DNA from: Planctomycetota bacterium | GTDB taxonomy: Bacteria; Planctomycetota; UBA1135 | Assembly (NCBI GenBank): GCA_027020785.1 | Contig: JALUVI010000074.1 | Location: 1 to 49,885 of the forward strand | Length of the DNA stretch: 49,885 nt | Direction: 5' to 3' | Shown: one piece after another, positions 9,505 to 18,604 of the stretch | Numbering within the stretch: position 1 is the first letter of the stretch | Layout: each line of letters opens with the position of its first letter | The notes under the pieces: model-generated | Database searches by the model: none | What the model was told of the DNA's origin: nothing | The model's input: the letters and a program-made list of their open reading frames with translations, nothing else | Made by a program: the position numbers and the translations under genes

Positions 9505-10868
9505 GCCGGCAGGGGCGAGTCCAGACTCGGCAGGGCTTCCAGCTCCTGGGCGCAGGCGTCCTCGACCGCCTCGACCTCCTTGACCACCGCCGCGGTCAGG
9601 ACCTCGGGCTCGTCGCCGGTGACGTGGACGTCGTCCTCGATGCGCACGCCGATGCCGCGGAACTCCTCCGGAGCCTCGTCGTCGTCGGGCTGCACGTAGA
9701 GGCCGGGCTCCACGGTCAGCACCATGCCGACCTCGAGCGGACGCGATGCGCCGTCCACCACGTAGCGGCCGGCGTCGTGGACGTCCAGACCGAGCCAGTG
9801 CGAAGTGTTGTGGGGATAGAAGCGGCGCCAGTCGCCGGACGCGAGGACCTGGTCCAGCGAGCCGCGGAGCAGGCCGACCTCGATCAGTCCCTCGCACAGG
9901 GTGCGCACGGCGACGTCGTGGACCTCGGAGAACGGCACGCCGACCCGGCAGCGGGCGATGGCCGCCTCCTGGGCGGCGAGCACGATCTCGTAGAGGCGCC
10001 GCGCGGGGCCCTCGAAGCGCCCCGAGACCGGCCAGGTCCGGGTCACGTCGCAGGCGTAGTGGCCGAACTCGGCGCCGGCGTCCACCAGCAGGAGGTCGCC
10101 GGCGCGGAGCGGATCGGCGTTGACCTGGTAGTGGAGGATGCAGGCGTTGGCGCCGCCGGCGACGATCGGCGGGTAGGCCCAGCCCGCGCCGTCGCCGCCG
10201 TTGCGCCGGAACACGTAGTCGAGGAGGGCCTCCACCTCGTACTCGTGCCGTCCGGGGGCGGTCAAGGCCATCGCCAGGAGATGGGCCTCGGCGGTGACGG
10301 CGGCGGCGCGACGCATCCACGCCAGCTCCTCGGGCGCCTTGTGGAGGCGCAGCTCGCCCAGCGTCGGCGTCGGGTCGAGGAGCACCTCGGGCGGCTCGAC
10401 GCCGGTGCGCACCCGGCGCCGCAGCTCCTCGAGCCGTTCGCGCACGATGGCGTCCAACCCGGCGTGGGCGCCGAGCCGGACCCAGGCGCGGCGGGCCTGG
10501 GCGAGGGCGTGGCCGGCGGCTGCGGCGAACTCGGAGTTCTCCCGCGCGGCGGGGAAGCCGAGCGCCTCCCGCGCCCCCTCCGGCCCGAGGCGGCGGCCGT
10601 TCCAGATCTCGCGCGAACGATCGCGCGGCAGGACGAAGAGCTCGGCCTCGGGCAGGGCGTCGATGCCCTTGGCGAGGATGAGCCAGGCCTCCGGTTCGGG
10701 GCAGCCGGTGAGGTACCAGAAGTTCGACTCCTGGCGGAACGGGAAGTCCACGTCGTGGTTCCGCGTCGCGAGCGAGGCCCCGGGGAACAGGGCGACGTCC
10801 CCGTCCTCCATCCGATCGAGGAAGGCCGAACGATGGCGGGCGGCGAGGAGGTCGGCGGAGAGGAGCAT
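9501..10868 (-). CDS. pepP: Xaa-Pro aminopeptidase (aminopeptidase P)
   Basis: FPFRQESNFWYLTG, EIWNGRRLG, CILHY, DAGAE, DVTRTWP, HWLGLDVHD, TVEPGLY, GVRIEDD. Confidence 0.94.
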   Translation of the reverse strand: MLLSADLLAARHRSAFLDRMEDGDVALFPGASLATRNHDVDFPFRQESNFWYLTGCPEPEAWLILAKGIDALPEAELFVLPRDRSREIWNGRRLGPEGAREALGFPAARENSEFAAAAGHALAQARRAWVRLGAHAGLDAIVRERLEELRRRVRTGVEPPEVLLDPTPTLGELRLHKAPEELAWMRRAAAVTAEAHLLAMALTAPGRHEYEVEALLDYVFRRNGGDGAGWAYPPIVAGGANACILHYQVNADPLRAGDLLLVDAGAEFGHYACDVTRTWPVSGRFEGPARRLYEIVLAAQEAAIARCRVGVPFSEVHDVAVRTLCEGLIEVGLLRGSLDQVLASGDWRRFYPHNTSHWLGLDVHDAGRYVVDGASRPLEVGMVLTVEPGLYVQPDDDEAPEEFRGIGVRIEDDVHVTGDEPEVLTAAVVKEVEAVEDACAQELEALPSLDSPLPA

Positions 10869-11051
10869 GGGGACGGCCCGCAGGACCGTGGCAGGATTCT
10901 GCGCCTTCTGGCGGATGCCGTCAAACCCGTTCCCCTCCTCGACGGCTGCGGCGCGGTCCCTCCGCCCGCGTTGTCGGGTCGGCGCCGCAGCGATACCTTG
11001 TGCGGCTTCCGTCCTCCCGCCATCCCCTGGGGAGACGGAACGCAACGACCC

Positions 11052-11858
11052 ATGATCCACTCCACCCTCCTGCTCCTCCTCGCCCTCCAGGGCGACCCCG
11101 TCTCCGCGGTCACCACCTCGACCGCAGCCGAAGCCGCCGCCTCCGAGGGCGCCCCGGCGGCGGCGAGCACGACCCCGACCGCCGAACCGGAACGCTCCTG
11201 GACCGGGCGCGTGGACGCCGGCCTGACCCTGGTCTCCGGCAACAACGAATCCACCACCGGCTCCCTCCAGGTGGCGCTCGGCTGGGAAGGCGAGCTCTGG
11301 ACCGCCGACGCGACGGCGGGCTACACCGGCGTGCGCACCACCGACCAGGCCACCGGCGACGCCAGCACGACCACCCGCCTGATCACGGCCACGGGTGGGG
11401 TCAAGCGCTTCTTCTCCACGGAGAAGAACCTCTACGGCTACGGCAAGGTCGGCGCCCGCAAGGACGTGCCGAACGGCCTGACCAAGCGGAACGACGCGGG
11501 CGCCGGCGTCGGCTACCGCTTCGACTTCCTCACCGACGGCCACCTCGATGCCGAGGCCGGCGTCAGCTACGTCTCCGAGGAACTGGTCGGGGTCGCCGAC
11601 AGCGAGGACACCGCGGTCGGCCGCTTCTCCTACGACCTCGGCCTGCCCGTCTCCGACGGCGCCGAGCTGTTCGGCGACGGCGAGTACTTCAAGGGCGGCG
11701 ACGTCGAGTCCTTCACCAGCACCACCGGCGTGCGCTGGCACATCGGTGAGAAGTGGTTCCTGCAGGCGGCCGTCCAGGTCAACTGGGACGGCACGCCGGC
11801 CCCGGGCTTCTCGAGCACCGACCAGATCGTCACCCTGTCGCTGGGCGTGGACCTCTAG
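11052..11858 (+). CDS. DUF481/YdiY-like outer-membrane beta-barrel protein
   Basis: Signal-like N-terminus, W.G....G.....GN, GAGVGYRF, alternating beta-strand pattern, C-terminal TLSLGVDL. Confidence 0.8.
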   Translation: MIHSTLLLLLALQGDPVSAVTTSTAAEAAASEGAPAAASTTPTAEPERSWTGRVDAGLTLVSGNNESTTGSLQVALGWEGELWTADATAGYTGVRTTDQATGDASTTTRLITATGGVKRFFSTEKNLYGYGKVGARKDVPNGLTKRNDAGAGVGYRFDFLTDGHLDAEAGVSYVSEELVGVADSEDTAVGRFSYDLGLPVSDGAELFGDGEYFKGGDVESFTSTTGVRWHIGEKWFLQAAVQVNWDGTPAPGFSSTDQIVTLSLGVDL

Positions 11859-11877
11859 GTCGGCGCCGCGAGGCCGT

Positions 11878-11903
11878 GCCGCGGCGGCCCCGCCCGCCGC
11901 GGC
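11878..11903 (+). terminator. GC-rich hairpin after the DUF481 gene (possible terminator, no U-tract)
   Basis: GCCGCGGCGG-6 nt-CCGCCGCGGC perfect 10-bp stem about 20 nt after the stop. Confidence 0.4.
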
Positions 11904-11945
11904 CGGCAACGACGGGCCCGAGTCGTCCTAGAATGGTTCGTGGCC

Positions 11946-13136
11946 ATGTCCATGGACCTGAAGACGGCTCGGGCCCTGACGTCTCCCGAAGCCCGCGAGA
12001 CGCTCGTCCTGTTCCGCAACATGGCGGACGACCCGCTCTCCATCCAGGAGAGCTTCCGCGGCATGTTCCCGGAGAAGGTCGCCCGGGCCATGGGCGAGCT
12101 GCGGGCCCTGCGCCGCCGCGCCGCCCAGAAGTTCGAGCGGGGCCTGGACCTGTTCTTCACCAAGCAGCAGCTCGAGCAGTCCTCCAGCGAACGGGTGGCG
12201 ACCTGGCGGGCCCGCCGCTTCGTCGAGGCCGGCGCCGAGGAGGTCTGGGACCCCTGCTGCGGCATGGGCGCGGACGCCATCGCCCTCGGGCGCGCCGGGC
12301 TCCGGGTCCACGCCAGCGACTGCGACCCGGTCGCGGTCCACTTCGCCCGGACCAACGTCGAGACCTACGGGCTCGACGGCCGGGTGGAGGTCGGTGAGGC
12401 CGACGCCGCCGAGGTGGCGGCAGGAGCGCGCTTCGTCTACCTCGACCCGGCGCGGCGCAAGGGCGCCCGCCGCCTCATCGATCCGGCGCAGTGGTCGCCC
12501 GCCCCGGACGTCGTCGCCGCCTGGCTCGCCGGGGCCGAGGGCGCTTGCCTCAAGCTGTCCCCCTCCATCCCGGTGGAGTCGCTGCTCGAGCACTTCCCCG
12601 CGCCCGACGAGATCGAGGTCGTGAGCCTCAACGGCGAGGTCAAGGAGATGGTGTTCTGGTACGGCGCCCTGGCCGGCCCGGACGGACGCTGCGCCACGAT
12701 CTTGCCCGAGGAACTCTCCTTCCGCGGTGACGAGGAGGCCCGCGCTCCGGTCGGCGAGGCCGCCGAACTGCTCTACGACCCCGACCCGGCCCTGGTCCGC
12801 GCCGGCCTGCTCGGCCGCTTCGCGCGCGAGCACGGGCTCCACGTGCTGGACCCCGAGATCGGCTACCTGACCGGCGACGCCGCGGTGGATTCGCCCTTCG
12901 TCGACGCCTTCCGCGTCGTCGCCTGGGCGCCGCTCGACCCGCGCAAGATGCGTGCGCTGCTCCGCGACCACGAGGTCGGGCGGCTCGAGATCCGCAAGCG
13001 CGGCATCGCGGAGCGCCCCGAGACCCTGCGCAAGCGACTCCTGCCCAAGCCCCTCGGAGAGCGCCACCTGACCCTGGTCGCGGTCCGTGTCGGCGACCGG
13101 CACCTCGGCTTCCTCTGCGAACCGCCGGACGCATGA
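11946..13136 (+). CDS. Class I SAM-dependent methyltransferase with C-terminal THUMP-like domain
   Basis: LEQSSS, DPCCGMGAD (motif I), YLDPARR, KLSP, LYDPDPALVRAG, LEIRKRG; start could be 11940, 11946 or 11952. Confidence 0.85.
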   Translation: MSMDLKTARALTSPEARETLVLFRNMADDPLSIQESFRGMFPEKVARAMGELRALRRRAAQKFERGLDLFFTKQQLEQSSSERVATWRARRFVEAGAEEVWDPCCGMGADAIALGRAGLRVHASDCDPVAVHFARTNVETYGLDGRVEVGEADAAEVAAGARFVYLDPARRKGARRLIDPAQWSPAPDVVAAWLAGAEGACLKLSPSIPVESLLEHFPAPDEIEVVSLNGEVKEMVFWYGALAGPDGRCATILPEELSFRGDEEARAPVGEAAELLYDPDPALVRAGLLGRFAREHGLHVLDPEIGYLTGDAAVDSPFVDAFRVVAWAPLDPRKMRALLRDHEVGRLEIRKRGIAERPETLRKRLLPKPLGERHLTLVAVRVGDRHLGFLCEPPDA

Positions 13137-14917
13137 CCTGCCGCTGGGCCCGCGCCGCCCTCTCCCTGCTGGTCGTTCTGGTTGCGACCGCGGCCTGCGG
13201 AGACGGCGGCGGGGGGCCCACGGCCGCCGCCCCGCGCTCCGCGGCCCCCCGCGAGGCCCGTTTCGCCTCGGGCGTGCTGGGGCGCGACTTCGACCCCGGC
13301 CACGCCGGCACCGCCCCGGAGGCGCTGCTCCAGCACCAGGTCTACGAATGCCTGTTCGAGTACGACCCGGCGGCCCCCGACCCGACCGTGGTCCGCCCGC
13401 TCCTGGTCGAGTCCTGGCAGGTCTCGGAGGACGCGCGGACCTGGACCTTCACGCTGCGCCGGGACGCCGTCTTCCACGACCCCTGGGATCCGCCGTTGTG
13501 GCCCGGGCGCGAGCGCCCGGTCACCGCCGCCGACGTGGCGTGGTCGTGGCTGCGCCAGGCGGACGCCCGCGGTGAACGCAACGCCTGGTGGGAGTTCGCC
13601 GGCCTGATCGCAGGGCTCGATGCGCTCCACGAGGCCACCGCGGACGGCGGCGCGGCCGCGGACGAGGCGTGGGAGCGCGCCGTCGCGGAGGGCGTGTCGG
13701 GGCTCGAAGTGCTGGACGAGCGGCGCCTGCGCCTCACCCTGCGCCGCCCCGAGCCGACCCTGCCCGGGCGCCTCGCCGCCCCGGCCTTCGCCGTGGTCCC
13801 GCCCGAGGCCGACCGGCCGCCGCGGCGGCTCGCCGAACGGCCGGTCGGCAGCGGGCCGTTCCGGGTCGCGTCCTGGGAACCCGGCCAGCGCGTCCGCTTC
13901 CTCGCCGTCCCGGGCTGGCGCGGCGACCCTTCCCCCTTCGGCGACGGCTCGCTCCCCTTCCTCCCCGGCTTCCGCTGGGAGCGGGTCCGCGAGAGCACCA
14001 CCCGAACCCTGATGTTCGAGCGCGGCGAGCTCGACCGCCTGCGCCCCGGGACCGACGCGCTGGGCCGGTTCTTCCAGGACGGCGCGTTGAAGCCCTCGTG
14101 GCGGGAGCGCGGCTTCCGCCTCGCCGTCGCCGACGAGGCCAACACCACCTTCCTCGTCTTCGCGATGTCCGACCCGGTGATCGGCCACGTCCCCGGAGAC
14201 GAGGCCGGCAACGTGCGGCGGCGCGCCCTGCGCCGCGCGCTGGCCCTGGCCTTCCCCTACGACGACTGGCATCGTCTGGAGCGCGCCGGGCTGACCGCGC
14301 GACCGGCGCGCTCCTTCGTCGCCCGGGTCCTGCCCGGCTCGGCCGACCTCCCCGCGTTCCCCTGGCGCGACGGCGGCCTCGCCGCGGCGCGGCGGGTGCT
14401 CGACGACGCCGGCGACGTCGCCGCCCTGCCGCCGCTCACCATCGACCTGCCCGGCGCCTGGCCGACCATGCGTTCGGTCGGCGAGGTCTATGCCTCCCGC
14501 CTCGGCGAGCTCGGCATCCGGACCGAGCTGCGGGCCCTGCCGTGGGCGACCTTCCTCGACCGGGCGGTGCGCGGCGAGTTCCAGGTCGCGTTCCAGGCCT
14601 GGGGCCTCGACTGGCCCGACCCGCTGCTGGCGCTGGCGCCCTTCCACGGTGAGGAGCGGGGCACCCCGACCAACCTCTCGGGCTTCGCCGACCCCGAATT
14701 CGACCGCCTGTTCGCACGGTGTCGCGACGAGCCCGACCCGAAGGCGCGGCTCGCCCTGATCGTGGCCATGCACGAGATCCTCTACGCCGAGGTGCCGGCC
14801 GCCCCGATCGACCACGGGCGAGCCGTGATCCTGTTCCAGCCGTGGGTGGAGCACGGCTTCGCCCATCCCTTCGAGGCCTTCGCGCCCAAGTTCCTGCGTC
14901 GGGGGGAGGCGCCGTGA
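13133..14917 (+). CDS. ABC transporter substrate-binding lipoprotein, family 5 (OppA/DppA-like)
   Basis: Lipobox-like TAAC, VYECLFEYD, SEDARTWTFTLR, PVGSGPF, WGLDWPDP. Confidence 0.88.
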   Translation: MTCRWARAALSLLVVLVATAACGDGGGGPTAAAPRSAAPREARFASGVLGRDFDPGHAGTAPEALLQHQVYECLFEYDPAAPDPTVVRPLLVESWQVSEDARTWTFTLRRDAVFHDPWDPPLWPGRERPVTAADVAWSWLRQADARGERNAWWEFAGLIAGLDALHEATADGGAAADEAWERAVAEGVSGLEVLDERRLRLTLRRPEPTLPGRLAAPAFAVVPPEADRPPRRLAERPVGSGPFRVASWEPGQRVRFLAVPGWRGDPSPFGDGSLPFLPGFRWERVRESTTRTLMFERGELDRLRPGTDALGRFFQDGALKPSWRERGFRLAVADEANTTFLVFAMSDPVIGHVPGDEAGNVRRRALRRALALAFPYDDWHRLERAGLTARPARSFVARVLPGSADLPAFPWRDGGLAAARRVLDDAGDVAALPPLTIDLPGAWPTMRSVGEVYASRLGELGIRTELRALPWATFLDRAVRGEFQVAFQAWGLDWPDPLLALAPFHGEERGTPTNLSGFADPEFDRLFARCRDEPDPKARLALIVAMHEILYAEVPAAPIDHGRAVILFQPWVEHGFAHPFEAFAPKFLRRGEAP

Positions 14918-16176
14918 GTCGCTTCCTCCGACGTCTGGGCGAAACGGTCGCCGCAGCCCTCGGCGCCTTCCTCCTCCTCTTCCTCCTGCTCGAGACCCCG
15001 GTCCTCGGCGACCCGGCCCTGCGCGAGGCGGGCGCGCACGCCGGCGCCGGCGAGGTGGCGGCGGCCCGCGCCCGGCTCGGCGCCCTGGAGGACTTCCATC
15101 GGCGCGCCCTGACGCTGCGGCTCGCCGGCGCGCCGGCGCGCCAGGAGCAGCGACTGGAGCTGCGGGTCCGGGACGGCGCGCTCCACCTCGCGGCCGAGGG
15201 CGCCGCCGGGGGGCGCACCGTCGCGCTCGGTGAGCGTCCGCTGGCCGAGGTCGCGGCCGCCCTCGCCGACGCCGCCCTCGCCCTGGACCCGCCCCGTCTC
15301 CTGGAGGCCCGGGCGGCCGCCGGTCTGGAGACGGCCCCGGCGGACGGACTCGCCGCCGCGCTCGACGGCAGCGTGCTCCTCCTGCCGACCGGCCTCGAGC
15401 GCAGCCTGCCCTGGGGACGACCGGTGGCCGCCCCGCGGCGCTTCCTGCACCGACTCGGCGCGGTCCTGAGCGGCGACCTCGGCACGGACCGCGACGGCCG
15501 CCCGGTGGCCCGCGAGCTCCTCCGCCGCGGCGCCGTGTCCCTGGCCTATGCGCTGCCGGCGTTCGTGCTCGCGACCCTGGTCGCCCTCGGGCTGGGCCTG
15601 GCCGCGGGCTGGCGCGGCGGCCGGCTCGACGCGACGCTCGCCGCGCTCTCGCTCGCCCTGCTCTCGGTGAGTGCGGTCAGCGCCCTGCTCGTGTGGCGGC
15701 GTCTGCTGACGGTGGAGCTCGGCCTCCTGCCGCTGCGCCCCTGGGGGCCGCCCCGTCTTCCGCTCCTCCTGCTGCCGATCGCGCTCTGGGTGCTGGTCGC
15801 GCCGTGGGGCGACCTCCGCCTCTATCGCGCCCTGGTCCGCGACCGCCGAGGCGCCCCCCACCTGCGCGCCGGCCGGGCCCGCGGGCTGTCGGAGCGCCGC
15901 CTCGCCCTCGCCCACCTCCTGCCGGGGCTCCTGCCGACGGTCTTCGCCCACCTCGCCCACCTGGTTCCCTTCCTGGTCTTCGGCTCGCTCCTGCTCGAAC
16001 GCCTCTGCGACCTGCCCGGCCTCGGCGAGTACCTGGTGGACGGCCTGGCGCGCAGCGACGTCCGCGTCCTCGAGGGCGGCACCCTGCTCGCCGCCACCCT
16101 GTTCCTGCTCGCCCAGCTCGCCGCCGACCTCGGCGCTGCGCTGGTGGACCCCCGGCTCCGTTCCCCCGCGCGATGA
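14914..16176 (+). CDS. ABC transporter permease (OppB/DppB-like)
   Basis: GDLG, EAA-like RAGRARGLSE loop, LERL..LPGLG, ADL....DPRLR end; GTG overlaps the previous stop. Confidence 0.85.
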   Translation: MSRFLRRLGETVAAALGAFLLLFLLLETPVLGDPALREAGAHAGAGEVAAARARLGALEDFHRRALTLRLAGAPARQEQRLELRVRDGALHLAAEGAAGGRTVALGERPLAEVAAALADAALALDPPRLLEARAAAGLETAPADGLAAALDGSVLLLPTGLERSLPWGRPVAAPRRFLHRLGAVLSGDLGTDRDGRPVARELLRRGAVSLAYALPAFVLATLVALGLGLAAGWRGGRLDATLAALSLALLSVSAVSALLVWRRLLTVELGLLPLRPWGPPRLPLLLLPIALWVLVAPWGDLRLYRALVRDRRGAPHLRAGRARGLSERRLALAHLLPGLLPTVFAHLAHLVPFLVFGSLLLERLCDLPGLGEYLVDGLARSDVRVLEGGTLLAATLFLLAQLAADLGAALVDPRLRSPAR

Positions 16177-16982
16177 GACGACTCGCGGTCGCCCTGCTCG
16201 CGGTCTACGCGCTCCTGGCCCTGGCCCCTGCCGGGCTCGGCGGCTGGGACCGCCCCGGATCGGGCCCCGCCTTCGCGCCGCCGTCGCCCGCCCACTGGGC
16301 CGGCACCGACCAGGTCGGCCGCGACGTCCTGCTCGGTGCGGTCCTCGGCGTGCGCACCGCGCTGCGGGTCGGCCTCCTGGCGGCCGGCGTGGCCCTGCTC
16401 GTCGGCGCCGCCCTCGGCCTGCTCGCGGGCTGGCGCGGCGGCGCCTGGGACCGCGCGGTCCTGCTCGCGACGACCTGGGTCTCGGCGGTGCCCTCGCTGC
16501 TCCTGCTGCTGGTCCTCGCCTTCCTCTTCGGCGGCGGCACCACCGGCGTGTTCCTGGCCGTCGGCCTGGTGTCCTGGGTCGGGGTGTCGCGCCTGGTCCG
16601 CGCCGAGGTGCGCCGCCTGCGCGCCGCGCCCTTCCTCGAGGCGGCCCGCGCCCAGGGCGGCGGCGGCTTCCTCCTCCTGCGCCGCCACGTACTCCCCCAC
16701 CTCGCCCCCCTGTGCGCCGTCCAGTTCGCGCTCGTCTTCGTCGGCGCGGTCAAGGCCGAAGTCGTCCTGTCCTTCCTCGGCATCGGCCTGGAATCGGCCC
16801 CGTCCTGGGGCCGCATGATCGCCGACGCCTGGGCCTTCGACGACCTCGGCCAGGGACGCCCGTGGCGCCTGCTCCTCGCCACCCTGTTCATGGCCGGCCT
16901 GGTCGCCGCCCTGCACCTCTGGGCCGAGCGCGTGGACGAGGGCCGCGCGGCGCGGGGGGAGGGGGACGGGCTCGCCCCCTGA
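16173..16982 (+). CDS. ABC transporter permease (OppC/DppC-like)
   Basis: PPSPAHWAGTDQVGRD, FLEAARAQG, LSFLGIG, PSWGRMI. Confidence 0.9.
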   Translation: MRRLAVALLAVYALLALAPAGLGGWDRPGSGPAFAPPSPAHWAGTDQVGRDVLLGAVLGVRTALRVGLLAAGVALLVGAALGLLAGWRGGAWDRAVLLATTWVSAVPSLLLLLVLAFLFGGGTTGVFLAVGLVSWVGVSRLVRAEVRRLRAAPFLEAARAQGGGGFLLLRRHVLPHLAPLCAVQFALVFVGAVKAEVVLSFLGIGLESAPSWGRMIADAWAFDDLGQGRPWRLLLATLFMAGLVAALHLWAERVDEGRAARGEGDGLAP

Positions 16983-16991
16983 CCCCCCGGA

Positions 16992-17230
16992 TCGGAAACT
17001 GGCCATCCAGGGTGTTCCCTTCCTGAACACGTGTGACCCCGGCCCCCTGCGATCGTCTTCCCTGCTGCCGGGATGCGACGACGACCTCCCCGGACCGCTC
17101 GGGGCACGGGTGCCGCCCCGGGCCAGCCCCGGGGGACCCGGCTGCGGAGGGGGTGCGCCCGCGCACCACGGTTCCCGAAGGCGATCGGGCGAGGCTACGG
17201 CCCGACCCACCCCGAGGGGCCAGTTTCCGA
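16992..17230. repeat. 239-bp non-coding element with terminal inverted repeats (copy 1; MITE-like or structured RNA)
   Basis: TCGGAAACTGGCC (16992-17004) and GGCCAGTTTCCGA (17218-17230) form a perfect 13-bp IR; homologous to 35322-35570. Confidence 0.75.
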
Positions 17231-17271
17231 CGGGCGTCGCCGGGCGCCCTCCCACCCCTTCGGGCCCGGCG

Positions 17272-18036
17272 TCAGATCTTCTCCGACAGCCGCTCCTTCA
17301 GCCGGTCCATGATCTTGCCGAGGATCTTCGAGACCCGCGACTGCGACAGGCCGTAGATCTCGGCGATGTCCTTGAGCGAGTAGCCGAGGAAGAAGCGCAG
17401 GAACACCATCTCGCGCGCGTCCGCGTCCAGGCTCAAGCTGATCTTCTCGAGCAGTTCGCGGCGGTGCGGGTCCTCTTCGGGGCCGTCGTTGCGGGGGTCC
17501 TCGAAGAAGTCGAGCGTGCCCTCGGAGTCGCCGCCCTCGCCGTTGTGCTTGCTGCCCGCCAGTACCGGGGTCTCGCGGCCGTGGTCGAACATGCGCTGGT
17601 ACTCCTCGAGATCGAGGCCCATCGCCTCGGCCACGTCCGCGTCCTGCGGCTCGCGCCCGAGCTTGCCGCGCAGCTCCTCCATCAGGGCGCGGCGTTCCTT
17701 GAGGCGGTTGCGCAAGGGGCGCGGCAGCCAGTCGTGACGCCGCAGCTCGTCGAGGATGGCCCCCTTGACCCGATGCTCGCAGAAGGCCTCGAAGGGCACG
17801 CCGCGCGACGGATCGAAGCCCTGGACGGCCTGGATCAGGCCGACGTCGCCCGCCCCCTCCAGGTCGCCGATCTCGACCGTCTTCGGCAGACGCGCCTTGA
17901 TCTTGCGCGCGACCGACGCAGCGAAGGGGCGGTAGTACTCGATCAGCGCGTTGCGCGCCTCGATGCTCTCGCCGTCGCGATACGCGGCCCAGAGCCGATC
18001 GAGGGCTGCGTTCTCGGGGCGCGCTCGCTGGACCAT
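17272..18036 (-). CDS. RNA polymerase sigma factor, FliA/WhiG (sigma-28) family
   Basis: ARNALIEYY, GLIQAVQGFDPSRGVPFE, RVKGAILDELRRHDWLPR, region 4 LKDIAEIYGLSQSRVSKI. Confidence 0.9.
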   Translation of the reverse strand: MVQRARPENAALDRLWAAYRDGESIEARNALIEYYRPFAASVARKIKARLPKTVEIGDLEGAGDVGLIQAVQGFDPSRGVPFEAFCEHRVKGAILDELRRHDWLPRPLRNRLKERRALMEELRGKLGREPQDADVAEAMGLDLEEYQRMFDHGRETPVLAGSKHNGEGGDSEGTLDFFEDPRNDGPEEDPHRRELLEKISLSLDADAREMVFLRFFLGYSLKDIAEIYGLSQSRVSKILGKIMDRLKERLSEKI

Positions 18037-18112
18037 GGGCGTGGATCGAGGGTGACGAACGGACCGCGGGCCGCGGTCGTGTCACGATTGGAGCCCGACG
18101 CGAGGGTCCGAG

Positions 18113-18604
18113 TCAAGGACCGATCCGGTTTTTTTCGCGGTCGTCGTCGCGGCCGTCGAACCGCTCGCCCCACTCGACGTCGGCGTCGAAGCCGAGCACC
18201 GCACGTTCGGCGGCACGCATGCGCCGCCGATCGCCCACTTCGTGGTCGTCGAAACCGAGCAGGTGCAACGCACCGTGCACCGCATAGAGCGCAGCTTCGT
18301 CGGCGGCATGCTCGTCACCGCCGATCCGTTCCGCGAGCGAAAGGTTGACCAGGATCTCGCCGAACAGGTCGTCCTCTCCGTAGGGCACGGCAAGGACGTC
18401 GGTCTCGGAATCGTCGCCGCTGACCCGGGCGTGCATCAGCCGATGCTGGTGCTCGTCGAGGAAGACGACCATGACCACCGCACCGTCGGGACCTTCGAAG
18501 CGACGCCAGGCCTCCTCCAGGGCGGCGCGGATGCGCGGCTCCCAGGTCTCGGCGCCGGGACGGGCGTGGGCGAAGGAGAGCCGCAGCCGACTAGAGGTCG
18601 CCAT
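18113..18604 (-). CDS. ybeY: rRNA maturation endoribonuclease YbeY
   Basis: [26 protein letters not shown] metal motif; follows phoH. Start approximate. Confidence 0.88.
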   Translation of the reverse strand: MATSSRLRLSFAHARPGAETWEPRIRAALEEAWRRFEGPDGAVVMVVFLDEHQHRLMHARVSGDDSETDVLAVPYGEDDLFGEILVNLSLAERIGGDEHAADEAALYAVHGALHLLGFDDHEVGDRRRMRAAERAVLGFDADVEWGERFDGRDDDREKNRIGP

